64,000 nucleotides of DNA from an uncultured bacterium (GCA_965368975.1 CBDUPA010000002.1:224001-288000); one strand, 5' to 3'; shown: positions 17,838-28,542, counted from the stretch's first letter. Notes: generated by a model not told the origin, from the letters alone. Translations and numbers: made by a program.

Positions 17838-19271
17838 CTAGACCTGCTTCAGCTTCCACGTCCCCCGCCGGAAGAGCATGAAGGCGAGCAGGGCGTTCAA
17901 CGAGTACGAAATCGCAACGGCGATGAAGACGCCGGTCGGACCATTGACACTGCCGTAGTTCGAGTAGGCCAGGTAGTAGGCTAGCGGCACCTGCACCATC
18001 CAGAAGGTGACAAAGTTGATCAGCGTCGGCGTGCGGGTGTCGCCGGCACCGTTGAAGGACTGCGTCAGGACCATGCCCCAGCCGTAGAAGACGTAGCCAT
18101 AGGCGATGATCTTGAGACCGGTGACGGCCACAACCGCAACTCCGGCCTCGCCGGTGAAGATGGCCACCAGAGGTTTGGCTCCCAGCTCGAAAGCAATCGC
18201 GACGGCCCCCAAGAAAAGGCTGTTGTAGAGCCCGGTGAGCCACACTGAGCGCTCGGCACGCTCGGGGTCGCGCGCACCGAGACACTGCCCCACCAGTGTT
18301 GCGGCAGCGTTGGAGAGCCCCCAGGCCGGCAGCAGGGCAAAGATGATGATGCGAATGGTGATGGTGTAGCCCGCCACCGCGACGTCACCGAAGCCGGCGA
18401 CGATGCGCACCAGCGCGATCCAGCTGGCGGTGGCAACCAGGTTCTGGCCGATGGCGCCGCCAGACAGACGCACCAGGCGTCCGAGAATGTCCGGCCGGTA
18501 ACGCAGGTGGTGCCGACCGAGCCGCAGCCGACTGCGACCGCGCAGCAAGCAGGAAACCTGGTAGACGACACCGGTGCCGCGACCGATCACCGTCGCCACT
18601 GCAGCCCCGGTGACGCCCATCTCGGGGAACGGCCCGAGCCCGAAGATGAGGCACGGGTCGAGCAGCATGTTGAGACCGTTCGCCAACCACAGCGTGCGCA
18701 TCGCTACTGACGCGTCGCCGGTGCCGCGGAAGACGGCATTGAAGACGAAGAGCAGCAGGATGATGACGTTCGATCCCAACATCAGGGTGACAAAGGGAAC
18801 GCCGAGTTCCACCACCTCCGACGAACCACCCATCAGGCGCAGCAGGCTGCCGGCCTGCCAGATTCCGAGCGCACCGAGCGCCAAGCCCAAGACGACCGTA
18901 GCACCGATCGCCTGCACCGCCGCGACAGCGGCAGCGTCCGGCTTCTTCTCCCCGACGCGCCGCGCCACCATCGCGGTAGCGGGAATTGCCAGGCCCATGG
19001 CGAGCGTGTAGACCAGCGTCATCAAGGCCTCGGTCAAGCCGACCACCGTGACCGCCTCGGCGCCCAGCTGAGCGACGAAGAAGACGTCGACCACAGCCAG
19101 CAGCGACTCCATCACCATCTCCAGCACCATCGGCACCGCAAGCAAGAAGACGGCCCGATTCAAGCTGCCGGTGGTGAAATCTTGCTGACTACCGGCGATG
19201 GCCTCTCGGATCGAAGCCCACACGCTCCGACGCTGGGTCGCAGACGGAGGGTGGACAGACGGATCGGACAT
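17838..19271 (-). CDS. MATE family efflux transporter
   Basis: LAVPMVLEM, VDVFFVAQLG, RGTGDA, NMLLDPCLIFG, NGAGDTRTP; about 12 TM. Confidence 0.93.
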   Translation of the reverse strand: MSDPSVHPPSATQRRSVWASIREAIAGSQQDFTTGSLNRAVFLLAVPMVLEMVMESLLAVVDVFFVAQLGAEAVTVVGLTEALMTLVYTLAMGLAIPATAMVARRVGEKKPDAAAVAAVQAIGATVVLGLALGALGIWQAGSLLRLMGGSSEVVELGVPFVTLMLGSNVIILLLFVFNAVFRGTGDASVAMRTLWLANGLNMLLDPCLIFGLGPFPEMGVTGAAVATVIGRGTGVVYQVSCLLRGRSRLRLGRHHLRYRPDILGRLVRLSGGAIGQNLVATASWIALVRIVAGFGDVAVAGYTITIRIIIFALLPAWGLSNAAATLVGQCLGARDPERAERSVWLTGLYNSLFLGAVAIAFELGAKPLVAIFTGEAGVAVVAVTGLKIIAYGYVFYGWGMVLTQSFNGAGDTRTPTLINFVTFWMVQVPLAYYLAYSNYGSVNGPTGVFIAVAISYSLNALLAFMLFRRGTWKLKQV

Positions 19272-19405
19272 GCGCGGGCCTCCCGGAAGCACGGCGCTCG
19301 GCGGAGCTGCGGAGCGGTGGAGTAGAGCCGCAAAGCTTACTACAGTTGCCTGCTTCCAGGAGGTCGAGACGGTCTGTCAGGCCTGGCTCCCGACGAGATT
19401 CAGCC

Positions 19406-19906
19406 TCAGGATTCGTCGGCGGAGGGGCCGTAGATCGCTGGCAGCGGCAGGTCGTTGAGGCGCAGGTAGACCGTCAACTGGCCACGGTGGTGAACCACGT
19501 GATTCAAGATCATGCCGCGCAGGACCGCGATGCGAGGCATCTTGAAGACCTCTTCGCCGTTGTTGAGCAGCGCCCACGACTGCATCAGTGCTTCGTCGCT
19601 GGCCGTTTCCAGCGCACCGCGCATGGCTGTGACGTTGGCGTCGAACTTGCTGAGCAGGTCCTGGACCGACTCCGCGGGTTCTTCCTTCATCACTTCACCG
19701 CCGGGCGCATAGTCGAAGCTGTCTTCCGTGATGGTGACCAAGCCCCAGTGCAGCATGTTCGCGGTGTGCGTGCCGAGACTGCGGAACGACATGGACTTCT
19801 CGTGCGGTTGCCAGTCGAGCTTGTCGTCCGGGATACGCTCGAGCACTTTGCGGGTGTTGGCCATTTCTTGGTCGAACTCAGGGAGGAGAGAAGCAGCGAT
19901 TGCCAT
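19406..19906 (-). CDS. DinB family protein
   Basis: WQPHEKSMS, LGTH, NHVVHHRGQLTVYLR, PAIYGPSAD. Confidence 0.9.
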   Translation of the reverse strand: MAIAASLLPEFDQEMANTRKVLERIPDDKLDWQPHEKSMSFRSLGTHTANMLHWGLVTITEDSFDYAPGGEVMKEEPAESVQDLLSKFDANVTAMRGALETASDEALMQSWALLNNGEEVFKMPRIAVLRGMILNHVVHHRGQLTVYLRLNDLPLPAIYGPSADES

Positions 19907-20091
19907 GTTGATGATCCTTCTCGTAAGAGGTTGAGGGGGATGTTGACGCTATTCGCAGTCTCGCCGCAACAACTGCATTCGTCAAGCACTCCAAGAGGTC
20001 CGGCTCGGGGCCTCCGGCTTGGGCCTCCCGGCTTTTCTCTTTTCCAGGGGGCTGGCCGAGACTCCCGGCGTGCTCGTACGTATCTACCTAG

Positions 20092-21783
20092 ATGAGCCCA
20101 ACAACCTCGCTGCTCGCCGGTCGACGCCTGCGCCTGCTCACGGTCTACCGCGTGGCGCTGATTCTCCTGCTGAGCTATGGCTTCTTGCAGCTGCGCTCGG
20201 TGTTCGCCGGGGCCTCGTCTCGCGAACGGCTGCAGGCACGCTGGCGTCGACGGGCGGCGCGGCGAGTGCGCGTCACGATCGAGCGGGTACAGGGCCTGTT
20301 CATCAAGGTCGGACAGCTGGTCAGTGTGCTGACCAACTTCGTCCCCGCCGACTTTCGCCAGGAGCTGGAGGGTTTGCAGGACTGCATTCCGGCACGACCG
20401 CTGGGCGAGATCGAGGCACGCCTGCAGCAGGAATTCGGCCGCGGCGCGGCGGAATTGTTCGCCGACTTCGACGGCAAACCGGTGGCCAGCGCGTCGCTAG
20501 CACAAGTGCATGCCGCACACCTGCAGGATGGACAACGGGTGGCGGTCAAGGTGCAGCATCTGGACATCGAGCAGCTCGCGACGCTCGACCTGCGGACCAT
20601 CCGCCACCTACTCAGTCTCTTGCGCGTCGTGCTGCGGCTGCAAGGTGTCAGGACCGCCTTCGCCGAGCTGGAGCAGATGATCCTGGACGAACTCGACTTC
20701 GAGCGCGAGGCAGCCAACATGGAAGCGATCGCGGCCACCTTCGAAGACGACCCACAACTCAGCTGCCCCGAGGTCATCCCCGCACGCAGCGGCCGGCGTG
20801 TCTTGACGACGACGTTCGAGGACGGCATCAAGATCAGCGACCGTGACGCGCTGCTGGCTCTTGGTATCCAACCGCAGGCCGTCGCGGATCGCGTGCTGCG
20901 TGCTTACTGCAGAATGATCTTCGTTGACGGCCTCTACCACGCGGATCCGCATCCGGGAAACCTGCTGGTACGCCCCGACGGAGGGCTGGTGTTTCTCGAC
21001 TTCGGCGCCGTCGCGCAGCTTTCGCCAGGACTCAAGGACGGCATCCCGATGTTCGTCGAGGGCGTCCTGAAGCGAGACCGTGACGCTATCTTGCGCGCGT
21101 TGCAGCGCATGGGATTCGTGCCGCGCGGCGACAGCGAGCGCACGGCGGAACGGGTCATCGACTATTTCTTCACCCGTTTCCTCGATCACGTCGAGCTGGA
21201 GTCGTGGAACCTGCAGGAACTGCGCATCGATACCAAGCTGAAGCTTGAAATGATGGCGGACCTCAACCGGCTGGACATTTCCCTTTGGCGGCTGACGTCC
21301 GCCTTCCAAGTGCCGCGCGAGTGGGTGCTGCTACAGCGCACGCTGATCCTGCTCCTCGGCCTGGTGTCGCACCTCGACCCGGAACTCAAGCCAGCCGTGG
21401 TCATCCGGCCCTACCTGGAAGAATTCGTACTCGGCGCGGACCGCGACTGGGTCAGCGTAGCAACCGGTGTGGTCAAGGATATGGCACTGTCGATCCTGAC
21501 CGTTCCGGAGGACCTGCGGCGCCTACTCTCTCAGGCACGGCGTGGAGAAGCCAGGGTGGAGGTCGGGGGCGTGCGGCAAGGCTTCACCCTGCTCTACAGT
21601 TTGGGCCAGCAACTTCTCTTCGCGTTTCTGGCACTCGGCACGGGGAGCCTTGCCTACCTTGCCAACCGCCAAGCCGAGGAGAGCCTGAGCCGCGCCCTGC
21701 TAGCGGTGAGCGGTCTGTCCCTCCTGTTGTTGCTGAGAGCTCTTTGGCAGGGCCGTCGCTGGCGACGCGAACTCCACCGCTAG
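20092..21783 (+). CDS. AarF/ABC1/UbiB family kinase
   Basis: FIKVGQ, ASASLAQVH, VAVKVQ, ELDFEREA, HADPHPGN, LDFG. Confidence 0.93.
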   Translation: MSPTTSLLAGRRLRLLTVYRVALILLLSYGFLQLRSVFAGASSRERLQARWRRRAARRVRVTIERVQGLFIKVGQLVSVLTNFVPADFRQELEGLQDCIPARPLGEIEARLQQEFGRGAAELFADFDGKPVASASLAQVHAAHLQDGQRVAVKVQHLDIEQLATLDLRTIRHLLSLLRVVLRLQGVRTAFAELEQMILDELDFEREAANMEAIAATFEDDPQLSCPEVIPARSGRRVLTTTFEDGIKISDRDALLALGIQPQAVADRVLRAYCRMIFVDGLYHADPHPGNLLVRPDGGLVFLDFGAVAQLSPGLKDGIPMFVEGVLKRDRDAILRALQRMGFVPRGDSERTAERVIDYFFTRFLDHVELESWNLQELRIDTKLKLEMMADLNRLDISLWRLTSAFQVPREWVLLQRTLILLLGLVSHLDPELKPAVVIRPYLEEFVLGADRDWVSVATGVVKDMALSILTVPEDLRRLLSQARRGEARVEVGGVRQGFTLLYSLGQQLLFAFLALGTGSLAYLANRQAEESLSRALLAVSGLSLLLLLRALWQGRRWRRELHR

Positions 21784-21831
21784 CGCCGCTGGCTCGGCCC
21801 AGGCATGACCCGGACGCGGTAGGATTCAGTT

Positions 21832-22614
21832 GTGCTCGATCCATCCCCGATGTTCTACGCCGAGATCGCTCCGGACCCACGCCTCAAGCCCTGGGTGGCC
21901 GCTCACTGGACTTTTCGTGTCGACCCAGGCGCGGGTGAGATCGAGCACACGATTCCGCTGAGCGGCGCGGTCAGCCTCGCCTTCGCGCACGGTCAGGCCG
22001 TCCTGGTGGGGCCAAGAGTCACTCCATTGCACACGGTAGTCCGTGGTGGTGATGTTTTCTGGGGTACCTTGCTGTGGCCGGGCGCAGCTGGTTCGTTGTT
22101 GGGCTGTGCCATGGAGCCCCTGCGAGAAGAGAGCTTGCCAGCAGCCCAGGTCCTCGACGGAACGTGGGTCGCCAACCTGACGACGGCGTTGGGCGGGATC
22201 ACCGACGAGACGCGGGCTTGCCAGGAGCTGGATCGAGCCTTGCTCACCCTCGCCGCTTCAGCCGGGCCGCTCGACGAGCGCATGATGACAGCGATATTCC
22301 GTCTCTTGCAGCGGGGTGGACAGGGCTCTCTGCCAGAACTGGCCCGAGAAGTCAGCCTCTCACCCCGACAGTTCCGGCGCCGTTTCCGAGCAGCAGTCGG
22401 ACTCACGGCAAAGGAGCTTGCCCGGATCCGGCGGCTGCGCACATCCGCGGTCGAGCTGGTGGAAGAAGCCGAAAGCTGGGTCAACCTGGCGGCCGATCAC
22501 GGCTATGCCGATCAAGCCCACCTCGTTCGAGAATACGGTTCCTTGCTCGGCCTGACACCACAAGCCTTCGAGCGCCACATCCGTCGCATCGAGCACGGCC
22601 GGCTTCTCTACTGA
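21832..22614 (+). CDS. AraC family transcriptional regulator (DUF6597 N-terminus)
   Basis: YAEIAP...SPRQFRRRFRAAVGLTAK...GYADQAHLVREY. Confidence 0.9.
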   Translation: MLDPSPMFYAEIAPDPRLKPWVAAHWTFRVDPGAGEIEHTIPLSGAVSLAFAHGQAVLVGPRVTPLHTVVRGGDVFWGTLLWPGAAGSLLGCAMEPLREESLPAAQVLDGTWVANLTTALGGITDETRACQELDRALLTLAASAGPLDERMMTAIFRLLQRGGQGSLPELAREVSLSPRQFRRRFRAAVGLTAKELARIRRLRTSAVELVEEAESWVNLAADHGYADQAHLVREYGSLLGLTPQAFERHIRRIEHGRLLY

Positions 22615-22632
22615 CATCTTGCCCTGCACGGA

Positions 22633-22651
22633 TGACCGCTTTCTTCAAGAC
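22633..22651 (+). promoter_or_regulatory. Candidate AraC(DUF6597)-activated promoter element
   Basis: TGACCGCTTTCTTCAAGAC, then 19 nt, then TACTCT; parallels the element at 7312-7330. Confidence 0.45.
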
Positions 22652-22718
22652 GAACGGCCAGAGTTGCCTCTACTCTTGATATTGCGGGATGATCCGCTAC
22701 CTAGAGAAGGAGAAATCC

Positions 22719-23312
22719 ATGCTGCGCACAGCCATCATCACAATGTCGGTCCTGTTCCTCCTCAGTGGGACGATAGCCGCCCAGGAGGCGGCCCAGCAGC
22801 AGCAGGCCCAACAGCAGGCAACCCAGCAGGATCCTGGGCTGGCAGCGATGCAGGCATCCCCGGTTGCCGAGCTCGTAGGCACGTGGGAAGGAACGGGCTG
22901 GGTTCGCCGAGGTCCAGGGGAACCCTACAAGACGCGTGGCCAGGAGGTCGTCGAGAGCCGGCTCGAGGGGCGCGTCCTGGTGATCGAGGGCAAGCACTGG
23001 AGTGGCGAAGCAGACGCCTCGGACGCAGTCGTCCACCATGCCATGGCTGTCCTGTCCTACGACAACGATGCTGGTCACTATCGCTTTCGCAGCCACATGG
23101 CCGATGGCCGCGGGGGTGATTTCACCGCGGAAGTCGAAGGCGAGGATCTGATCTGGTACATCCCATTGCCCAACAGTCCAGACGGCAAGGCTCGGATCAG
23201 GTACGTGATCCGCATCGAGGACGACCAGTGGCATGAGATCGGTGAGATGACCCGAGACGGCGAGAGCTGGAACCAGTTCTTCGAAATGACACTACGGCGA
23301 GTCGCGAACTAG
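22719..23312 (+). CDS. Secreted DUF1579-like beta-barrel protein
   Basis: AAGGAG RBS, signal peptide, LVGTWEGTGW, WHEIGE...WNQFFEMTLRR. Confidence 0.7.
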   Translation: MLRTAIITMSVLFLLSGTIAAQEAAQQQQAQQQATQQDPGLAAMQASPVAELVGTWEGTGWVRRGPGEPYKTRGQEVVESRLEGRVLVIEGKHWSGEADASDAVVHHAMAVLSYDNDAGHYRFRSHMADGRGGDFTAEVEGEDLIWYIPLPNSPDGKARIRYVIRIEDDQWHEIGEMTRDGESWNQFFEMTLRRVAN

Positions 23313-23421
23313 GGCAGAGTCGCCTTCGACGCTCGACTTGGAGACTTTTTGACTCCCCCCTTGGGTGGCTATACACTCGGCCGGTATCGATCCATTCAGT
23401 GTTGCTCGGGAGGGAGGTTGC

Positions 23422-24924
23422 ATGTCCAGGCCCTGTATCGGGATCTTGTCCAGCGTCGTTGCAGCCTTGCTGTTGCAAGGCTGCACCACGCTACGGCCCG
23501 AGGACGACAAGCGAGCCGACATTGCGCAGGAAGCCGCCGAGGCCGCGCAAGCACTACGACAGCAGGACAGTAGCCCGTTCTCGACCCTCGCGCACAGCTC
23601 GCAGACGCTGGCGCAGAGCTGGCAGCAGGTCACCGAGTTGCAGGCGCAGGATCGCCAGACGACCTTCTACGCGGATCTGGGCAACTTGACCCGCGAGGAG
23701 CTGCGGCAGGAGTTCATGCTGGCGTTGCAGGTGCACCTGATGTCGTTGCGCGGGGCCCGGCAGCAAGTGGATGCTGCGGCCGCGGCGGTCCGGGCCGATC
23801 TGGCACGGCAGCAGCGGCTGACGCGGCTGATGGGCACCGATGGTGGCGACGACCTGGATTCGGTCTTGCAAGAGATCGAACGACGTATCGAATGGCTCCG
23901 TGGCCTGCAGGTGAAGATCAGCAAGATCTTGACCGCCGGTCAGGCCGTACGCTCGTCCATCGACGGTACCAGCGCGACGGGCTCCCAAGCAGACAGCACA
24001 GCAGGAACTAGCGCGGGGGACGCCACCCCAGGTAGCCACACAGATGATGCTGGTGGGCTGCTGCCAGCCGGTACCGATCAGCGACTCTTGGCGGTGGAAG
24101 ACTTCCTGAGCGAAGTCCAGAAAGATCCGCGAGTCCAGGCTTCCGGCGAGTTGCTGCTGCGCTCGGGCCAGCAGGTTGCCACCATCGAACGCCAGCGGCT
24201 GGAGGAGTTGAAGACCTACCTGCAGAGCCTGCGGCTGAGTCTGGGACGGTTGGAGAGCCGCCAGGCCGACTACTTCCAGCTATTGGCCATCCCTACCATG
24301 GGCGTGATCCTGACTGCCGACGAGTTCTGGAGCACCCTCGACACAATCAAGGCCGCGCTGGCGGGGACCTGTCCGCAGGATTTCGATCCTCGAGCCAACC
24401 CGACGCTGCCGCTCCTGTCGGAAGCAGCGCTGGCGGCCGGAACCCCTCATCCTGAAGCATCGACCCCGCCCAGCGCGGTCGACGTCGTTGCCTGTCAAAT
24501 CGACGATCTGAAGGCCCTCAAGCCCCAGTGGAACCACTATCTCGACAGCCATCAGGCACTCTGGGCCGAGCACGGGACTTTGCTCTCCTTCGTACAAGAG
24601 AGCCTGAAGACGACAACGTCGAGCAGCCCGCTCTTTGGCTCACCAGCAACGGTGGCCTCGCGCATGGTGCCACAGCTGGCCTTGCTGCTGTTCGTCGAGG
24701 AACCTGCAGATGCGCAGGCGGAGCTGGAGATCGCCACGCTGCGCCACCAGCATGCACTGCGCTTGTCACAGATCAACGCTGACGAACGTCTGGCCCTGGT
24801 CGAGCAGGTAGCCCAGGCGATGCAGATCTACTACCAGGGCGGCCTCAGCCCCTCGGAGGTTTCCGAGGCAATCTTGCTGGCCTCGCAGGTAGTGGCCACC
24901 GCTTTCATCGGCACACGTCTGTAG
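23422..24924 (+). CDS. Hypothetical alpha-helical lipoprotein
   Basis: GGAGG RBS, lipobox LLQG-C, heptad-rich helices, hydrophobic C-terminus. Confidence 0.75.
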   Translation: MSRPCIGILSSVVAALLLQGCTTLRPEDDKRADIAQEAAEAAQALRQQDSSPFSTLAHSSQTLAQSWQQVTELQAQDRQTTFYADLGNLTREELRQEFMLALQVHLMSLRGARQQVDAAAAAVRADLARQQRLTRLMGTDGGDDLDSVLQEIERRIEWLRGLQVKISKILTAGQAVRSSIDGTSATGSQADSTAGTSAGDATPGSHTDDAGGLLPAGTDQRLLAVEDFLSEVQKDPRVQASGELLLRSGQQVATIERQRLEELKTYLQSLRLSLGRLESRQADYFQLLAIPTMGVILTADEFWSTLDTIKAALAGTCPQDFDPRANPTLPLLSEAALAAGTPHPEASTPPSAVDVVACQIDDLKALKPQWNHYLDSHQALWAEHGTLLSFVQESLKTTTSSSPLFGSPATVASRMVPQLALLLFVEEPADAQAELEIATLRHQHALRLSQINADERLALVEQVAQAMQIYYQGGLSPSEVSEAILLASQVVATAFIGTRL

Positions 24925-24939
24925 GACGACGGAGGATCT

Positions 24940-25608
24940 ATGCAACACTCACGCCGCTTCCCTGGCCGCACACGGCGGTTGCCGACGTCGGCACTCGCCT
25001 CGCTCCTGGCCAGTCTCGGCTGCGCTGCCCTCTTCACCGGCTGTGCCAGTCAGCATGCCATGGAAGACGCGGCTCTGCGCGCCTCGGATCAGGTTGCGGC
25101 TCTCAAGATCGAGGTCGAGGACCAGATCGACGCCGAGATCGAGTTCTACGACCGCAACATGGCGGCCATGAGCGAGGCAATCGCCTCGTCCCGATCACTA
25201 CGACTACGGCGCATGATCACCAGCCAAGCAGAAACCTTCGTCACCACCAACGCAGAACAACCACTCTCCAACGAGGTTCTCGTCGAGCTGGCACAGACGG
25301 CGGTCCAGCAATGGCAAGCAACGGACCAGCCCCTGCAACAGACACTGAGCCAGGTGACGCAGGACGTCACCAGCAACCGCCAGCAGGTACGCGTCGACCT
25401 CGGCCAGCTCGACAGCCTGCAAGCGAAGCTCCACACCCTGGGGCAGGCTCGCAACACACGGCAACTGGCGGGCTTCATTTTCAACTTCCTGGACACTACC
25501 GCCGACGATTACTTGAAGCTGCGGGATTCGACCACGACCAGCGAGGCCGAGTCACCACCAGCAGAACCGCAGGGAGCCGAGCCACAGGGGGACGACAATG
25601 CCCACTGA
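24940..25608 (+). CDS. Hypothetical coiled-coil lipoprotein
   Basis: GGAGG RBS, lipobox FTG-C, helical heptads. Confidence 0.75.
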   Translation: MQHSRRFPGRTRRLPTSALASLLASLGCAALFTGCASQHAMEDAALRASDQVAALKIEVEDQIDAEIEFYDRNMAAMSEAIASSRSLRLRRMITSQAETFVTTNAEQPLSNEVLVELAQTAVQQWQATDQPLQQTLSQVTQDVTSNRQQVRVDLGQLDSLQAKLHTLGQARNTRQLAGFIFNFLDTTADDYLKLRDSTTTSEAESPPAEPQGAEPQGDDNAH

Positions 25609-26059
25609 GACCGTAACAACCAGTGACACACCAGCCACCAGTGGTACGCCTACGCCTCATGGAACGGTGAGTGACGATCTCCAACCCCCGAGTCAGGACC
25701 ATAGCCGCGCCATGGCCGGCGTCGAGGTGGCAGTCCAGATCCTGGAAGCGGCACGGTCCGAGATCAACCGCGCCCTCGGACTCCTCTTTGCCAGCGGGGG
25801 CGACACGACGCGCCTGGACCGACTGCAAGCGCGGGTCAGCCAGCTGATCACTCGCTTCAACCGACTCTTATTCGAGATCGAGGCCTCGGAAAGCATCGTG
25901 CAAATGCCGACAGAAGAGGAGATCGCACAGGCAAGGACGGTGGTCGACAAGGTGCGCAACATCTCGGTGCGTGACGCGATCCTCGATGCTGGAATCCAGA
26001 CCTTGTCCGACGCGATCAACAGCGCACAGAATCTGGCCGGCCAGGTCAGCACGGGCTAG
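25598..26059 (+). CDS. Hypothetical helical protein
   Basis: Overlaps the upstream gene by 11 nt; no signal peptide; amphipathic helices. Confidence 0.7.
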   Translation: MPTETVTTSDTPATSGTPTPHGTVSDDLQPPSQDHSRAMAGVEVAVQILEAARSEINRALGLLFASGGDTTRLDRLQARVSQLITRFNRLLFEIEASESIVQMPTEEEIAQARTVVDKVRNISVRDAILDAGIQTLSDAINSAQNLAGQVSTG

Positions 26060-26191
26060 GCAGCAGCGCTCCCGTTCCCCAATCGAAGGTGCTAGCATGG
26101 CTACTCATGTCAAGTGTTGAGTCAGAAGTCGGCTGACGAGGAAGAGATCGGCGTCATTTGATTTGTGGTCCGAGGGCCCGGGGGGGCGATA

Positions 26192-27346
26192 GTGGAGACA
26201 CTGTCCAAACTGTGGAAGCACATCTGGAAGCGGCCGGATCCGCAGCTCGCGGAGGTCGGCTTCGATGGCGAGTACTTGATCGCGGGCGTGCGCCTTCTGA
26301 TTGTCGCACTGCTGATCTACATCCCACGCGACCTGCTCGGCGGCGGTCTTGGCACCAGTGGATTCCAGGCAGTGCTGCTCATCCTCGGTGCGGCCCTGTT
26401 CGAGACGCTCCTGGTCTACTCCGCCGTGCAGCGCAACTGGGGACGCTCCTGGCTCGGCTTCGTCAGTAGCCCAACCGACGTCACGCTGGTCAGTCTGGCG
26501 CTCCTGATCTACCTGTTCCTGGATCAGCCACCGTCGGCAATCAACGAGATCGTCATCTACCCCTTCTACTTTCTGGCGATCGGCGCCACGAGCCTGCGCT
26601 ACGACTCGCGGGTCTGCATGCTGACCGGCATCCTGGCTACCATCCAGTACGGCGGCATCGTGCTGCTGGCTCAGGACCGCTGGCCGCAACCGCACGAGGT
26701 TGGCTACCAGAGCTTCAACGGCCTGCACCAGCTGATCCGCATTGCCCTGTTGCTCGCCGCAACGCTGCTCGCAACCAGCCTTGTGGTACGTATCCGGGAA
26801 GCCGGCACACAGTCGATCCGCGACCGCCTGACCGGCTTGCTCAACCGTCGCGTGTTCGACGATCGCCTGCGCGAGGAAGCAGCGCGCGCCGGACGCACGG
26901 ACAAGACCCTCGGCTTGGCCATGATCGATGTCGATCACTTCAAGCAGTTCAACGACACCTTCGGGCATGAAGGTGGCGACGAGGCACTCAAGGCTGTCGG
27001 GGATCTACTCCTGCAGAGCTTCCGCGCCACCGACGTCGTAGCCCGCTACGGCGGCGAAGAGTTCGCCGTGCTGCTGCCCTGTATCGACACGATGAACGCC
27101 TTCAAGCGTCTCGAATCCGTACGCCTCGACATCGCCAACATGCCGATCCGCATGCGCGGACGTCCACTACCCGCGGGTGTCACCATCAGTTCCGGCGTCG
27201 CCATCTGGCCCGATGAAGGCGAGACGGTCGAAGAGGTTCTGGCCCTTGCCGACCAGCGCCTCTACCAAGCCAAGCAGGCCGGCCGCAACCGGGTCGTGTG
27301 CCCCCTCGAGATCGATATCCCCGAAGAGCTCATCTCCCTCTCCTGA
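26192..27346 (+). CDS. Membrane-bound diguanylate cyclase (GGDEF)
   Basis: About 6 TM helices, DRLTGLLNRR, DVDHFKQFND, RxxD I-site (RATD) before RYGGEEF. Confidence 0.93.
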   Translation: METLSKLWKHIWKRPDPQLAEVGFDGEYLIAGVRLLIVALLIYIPRDLLGGGLGTSGFQAVLLILGAALFETLLVYSAVQRNWGRSWLGFVSSPTDVTLVSLALLIYLFLDQPPSAINEIVIYPFYFLAIGATSLRYDSRVCMLTGILATIQYGGIVLLAQDRWPQPHEVGYQSFNGLHQLIRIALLLAATLLATSLVVRIREAGTQSIRDRLTGLLNRRVFDDRLREEAARAGRTDKTLGLAMIDVDHFKQFNDTFGHEGGDEALKAVGDLLLQSFRATDVVARYGGEEFAVLLPCIDTMNAFKRLESVRLDIANMPIRMRGRPLPAGVTISSGVAIWPDEGETVEEVLALADQRLYQAKQAGRNRVVCPLEIDIPEELISLS

Positions 27347-27453
27347 GGCACCACGCGGACGGCAAAGCACTTGCAGCCTTGCAGCTATGACAATGGTAAG
27401 CTACAGTCGAAAGTTGCCCGGCATATGCCTGGCCTGACTTTAGGCCAACCCCC

Positions 27454-28542
27454 ATGTTCGACAAGCTGCAGCAGATCGAGAAGACGCACGAGGAGCTGAC
27501 CCGCAAGCTGGCGGATCCGGCGATCCTTGGTGATCCCTCTGCAGTTCGCGACACGAGCATCGCACTGGCGGAACTGGAACCAGTCGTCGACCTTCTGCGC
27601 CAGTACAAGTCAGTGCGTCGCCAACGCGAAGAAACGGAAGAGATGCTCGCCGGCCTGGGCAAAGAAGACGGCGAGATGCGCGAGCTGGCACAGGTTGAGA
27701 GAGAAGAGCTGAGCCGCCGTCAGAGCGAACTCGACGAGTCCCTGCGCCAGGCCCTGGCTCCCAAGGACCCGAACGACAACCGCAATGTCGTGCTGGAGAT
27801 CCGCGCCGGGACCGGCGGCGATGAGGCGACGCTCTTCGCCGCCGAGCTGTTCCGCATGTACAGCCGCTACGCCGAGCGCCAAGGCTGGCGTGTCCAGATC
27901 ATCGACCTGTCGGAGTCCGACGTCGGTGGTGTCAAGGAAGTCTCGGCAATCCTCGAAGGCCGCGGTGCCTTCAGCCGCCTCAAGTACGAGGCCGGTGTCC
28001 ACCGGGTGCAGCGTGTACCCGCAACCGAGGCCCAGGGACGCATCCACACCTCGGCGGTGACCGTCGCGGTGCTGCCAGAAGCCGAGGATGTCGAAGTCTC
28101 GATCGACGAGAAGGAACTGAGGGTCGACCGTTTCTGTGCCTCAGGCCCTGGCGGTCAAGGCGTCAACACGACCTACTCCGCGGTGCGCCTGACCCACTTG
28201 CCCACCGGTCTCGTCGTGTCCTGCCAAGATGAGCGGAGTCAGATCAAGAACCGAGCCAAGGCGCTGCGCGTACTCAAGTCGAGGCTGCTCGAGCTGGAAA
28301 CCGAGAAAGCGCAGTCAGCCCAGAGTGAAGAACGCCGCCGGATGGTGGGAAGCGGGGACCGATCCGAGAAGATCCGTACCTACAACTTCCCGCAGAATCG
28401 GGTCACCGACCACCGGATCCACCTCACACTCCACCAGCTACCCAGCGTGATGGAAGGAGATCTGGATGCCGTGATCGACCCCGTGGTGGCGCACTTCCAA
28501 GCAGAAAAAATGGAGCAGGAGGCCCTGGCGACGACTCATTGA
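27454..28542 (+). CDS. prfA: Peptide chain release factor 1
   Basis: [20 protein letters not shown] (PxT), [22 protein letters not shown]. Confidence 0.97.
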   Translation: MFDKLQQIEKTHEELTRKLADPAILGDPSAVRDTSIALAELEPVVDLLRQYKSVRRQREETEEMLAGLGKEDGEMRELAQVEREELSRRQSELDESLRQALAPKDPNDNRNVVLEIRAGTGGDEATLFAAELFRMYSRYAERQGWRVQIIDLSESDVGGVKEVSAILEGRGAFSRLKYEAGVHRVQRVPATEAQGRIHTSAVTVAVLPEAEDVEVSIDEKELRVDRFCASGPGGQGVNTTYSAVRLTHLPTGLVVSCQDERSQIKNRAKALRVLKSRLLELETEKAQSAQSEERRRMVGSGDRSEKIRTYNFPQNRVTDHRIHLTLHQLPSVMEGDLDAVIDPVVAHFQAEKMEQEALATTH

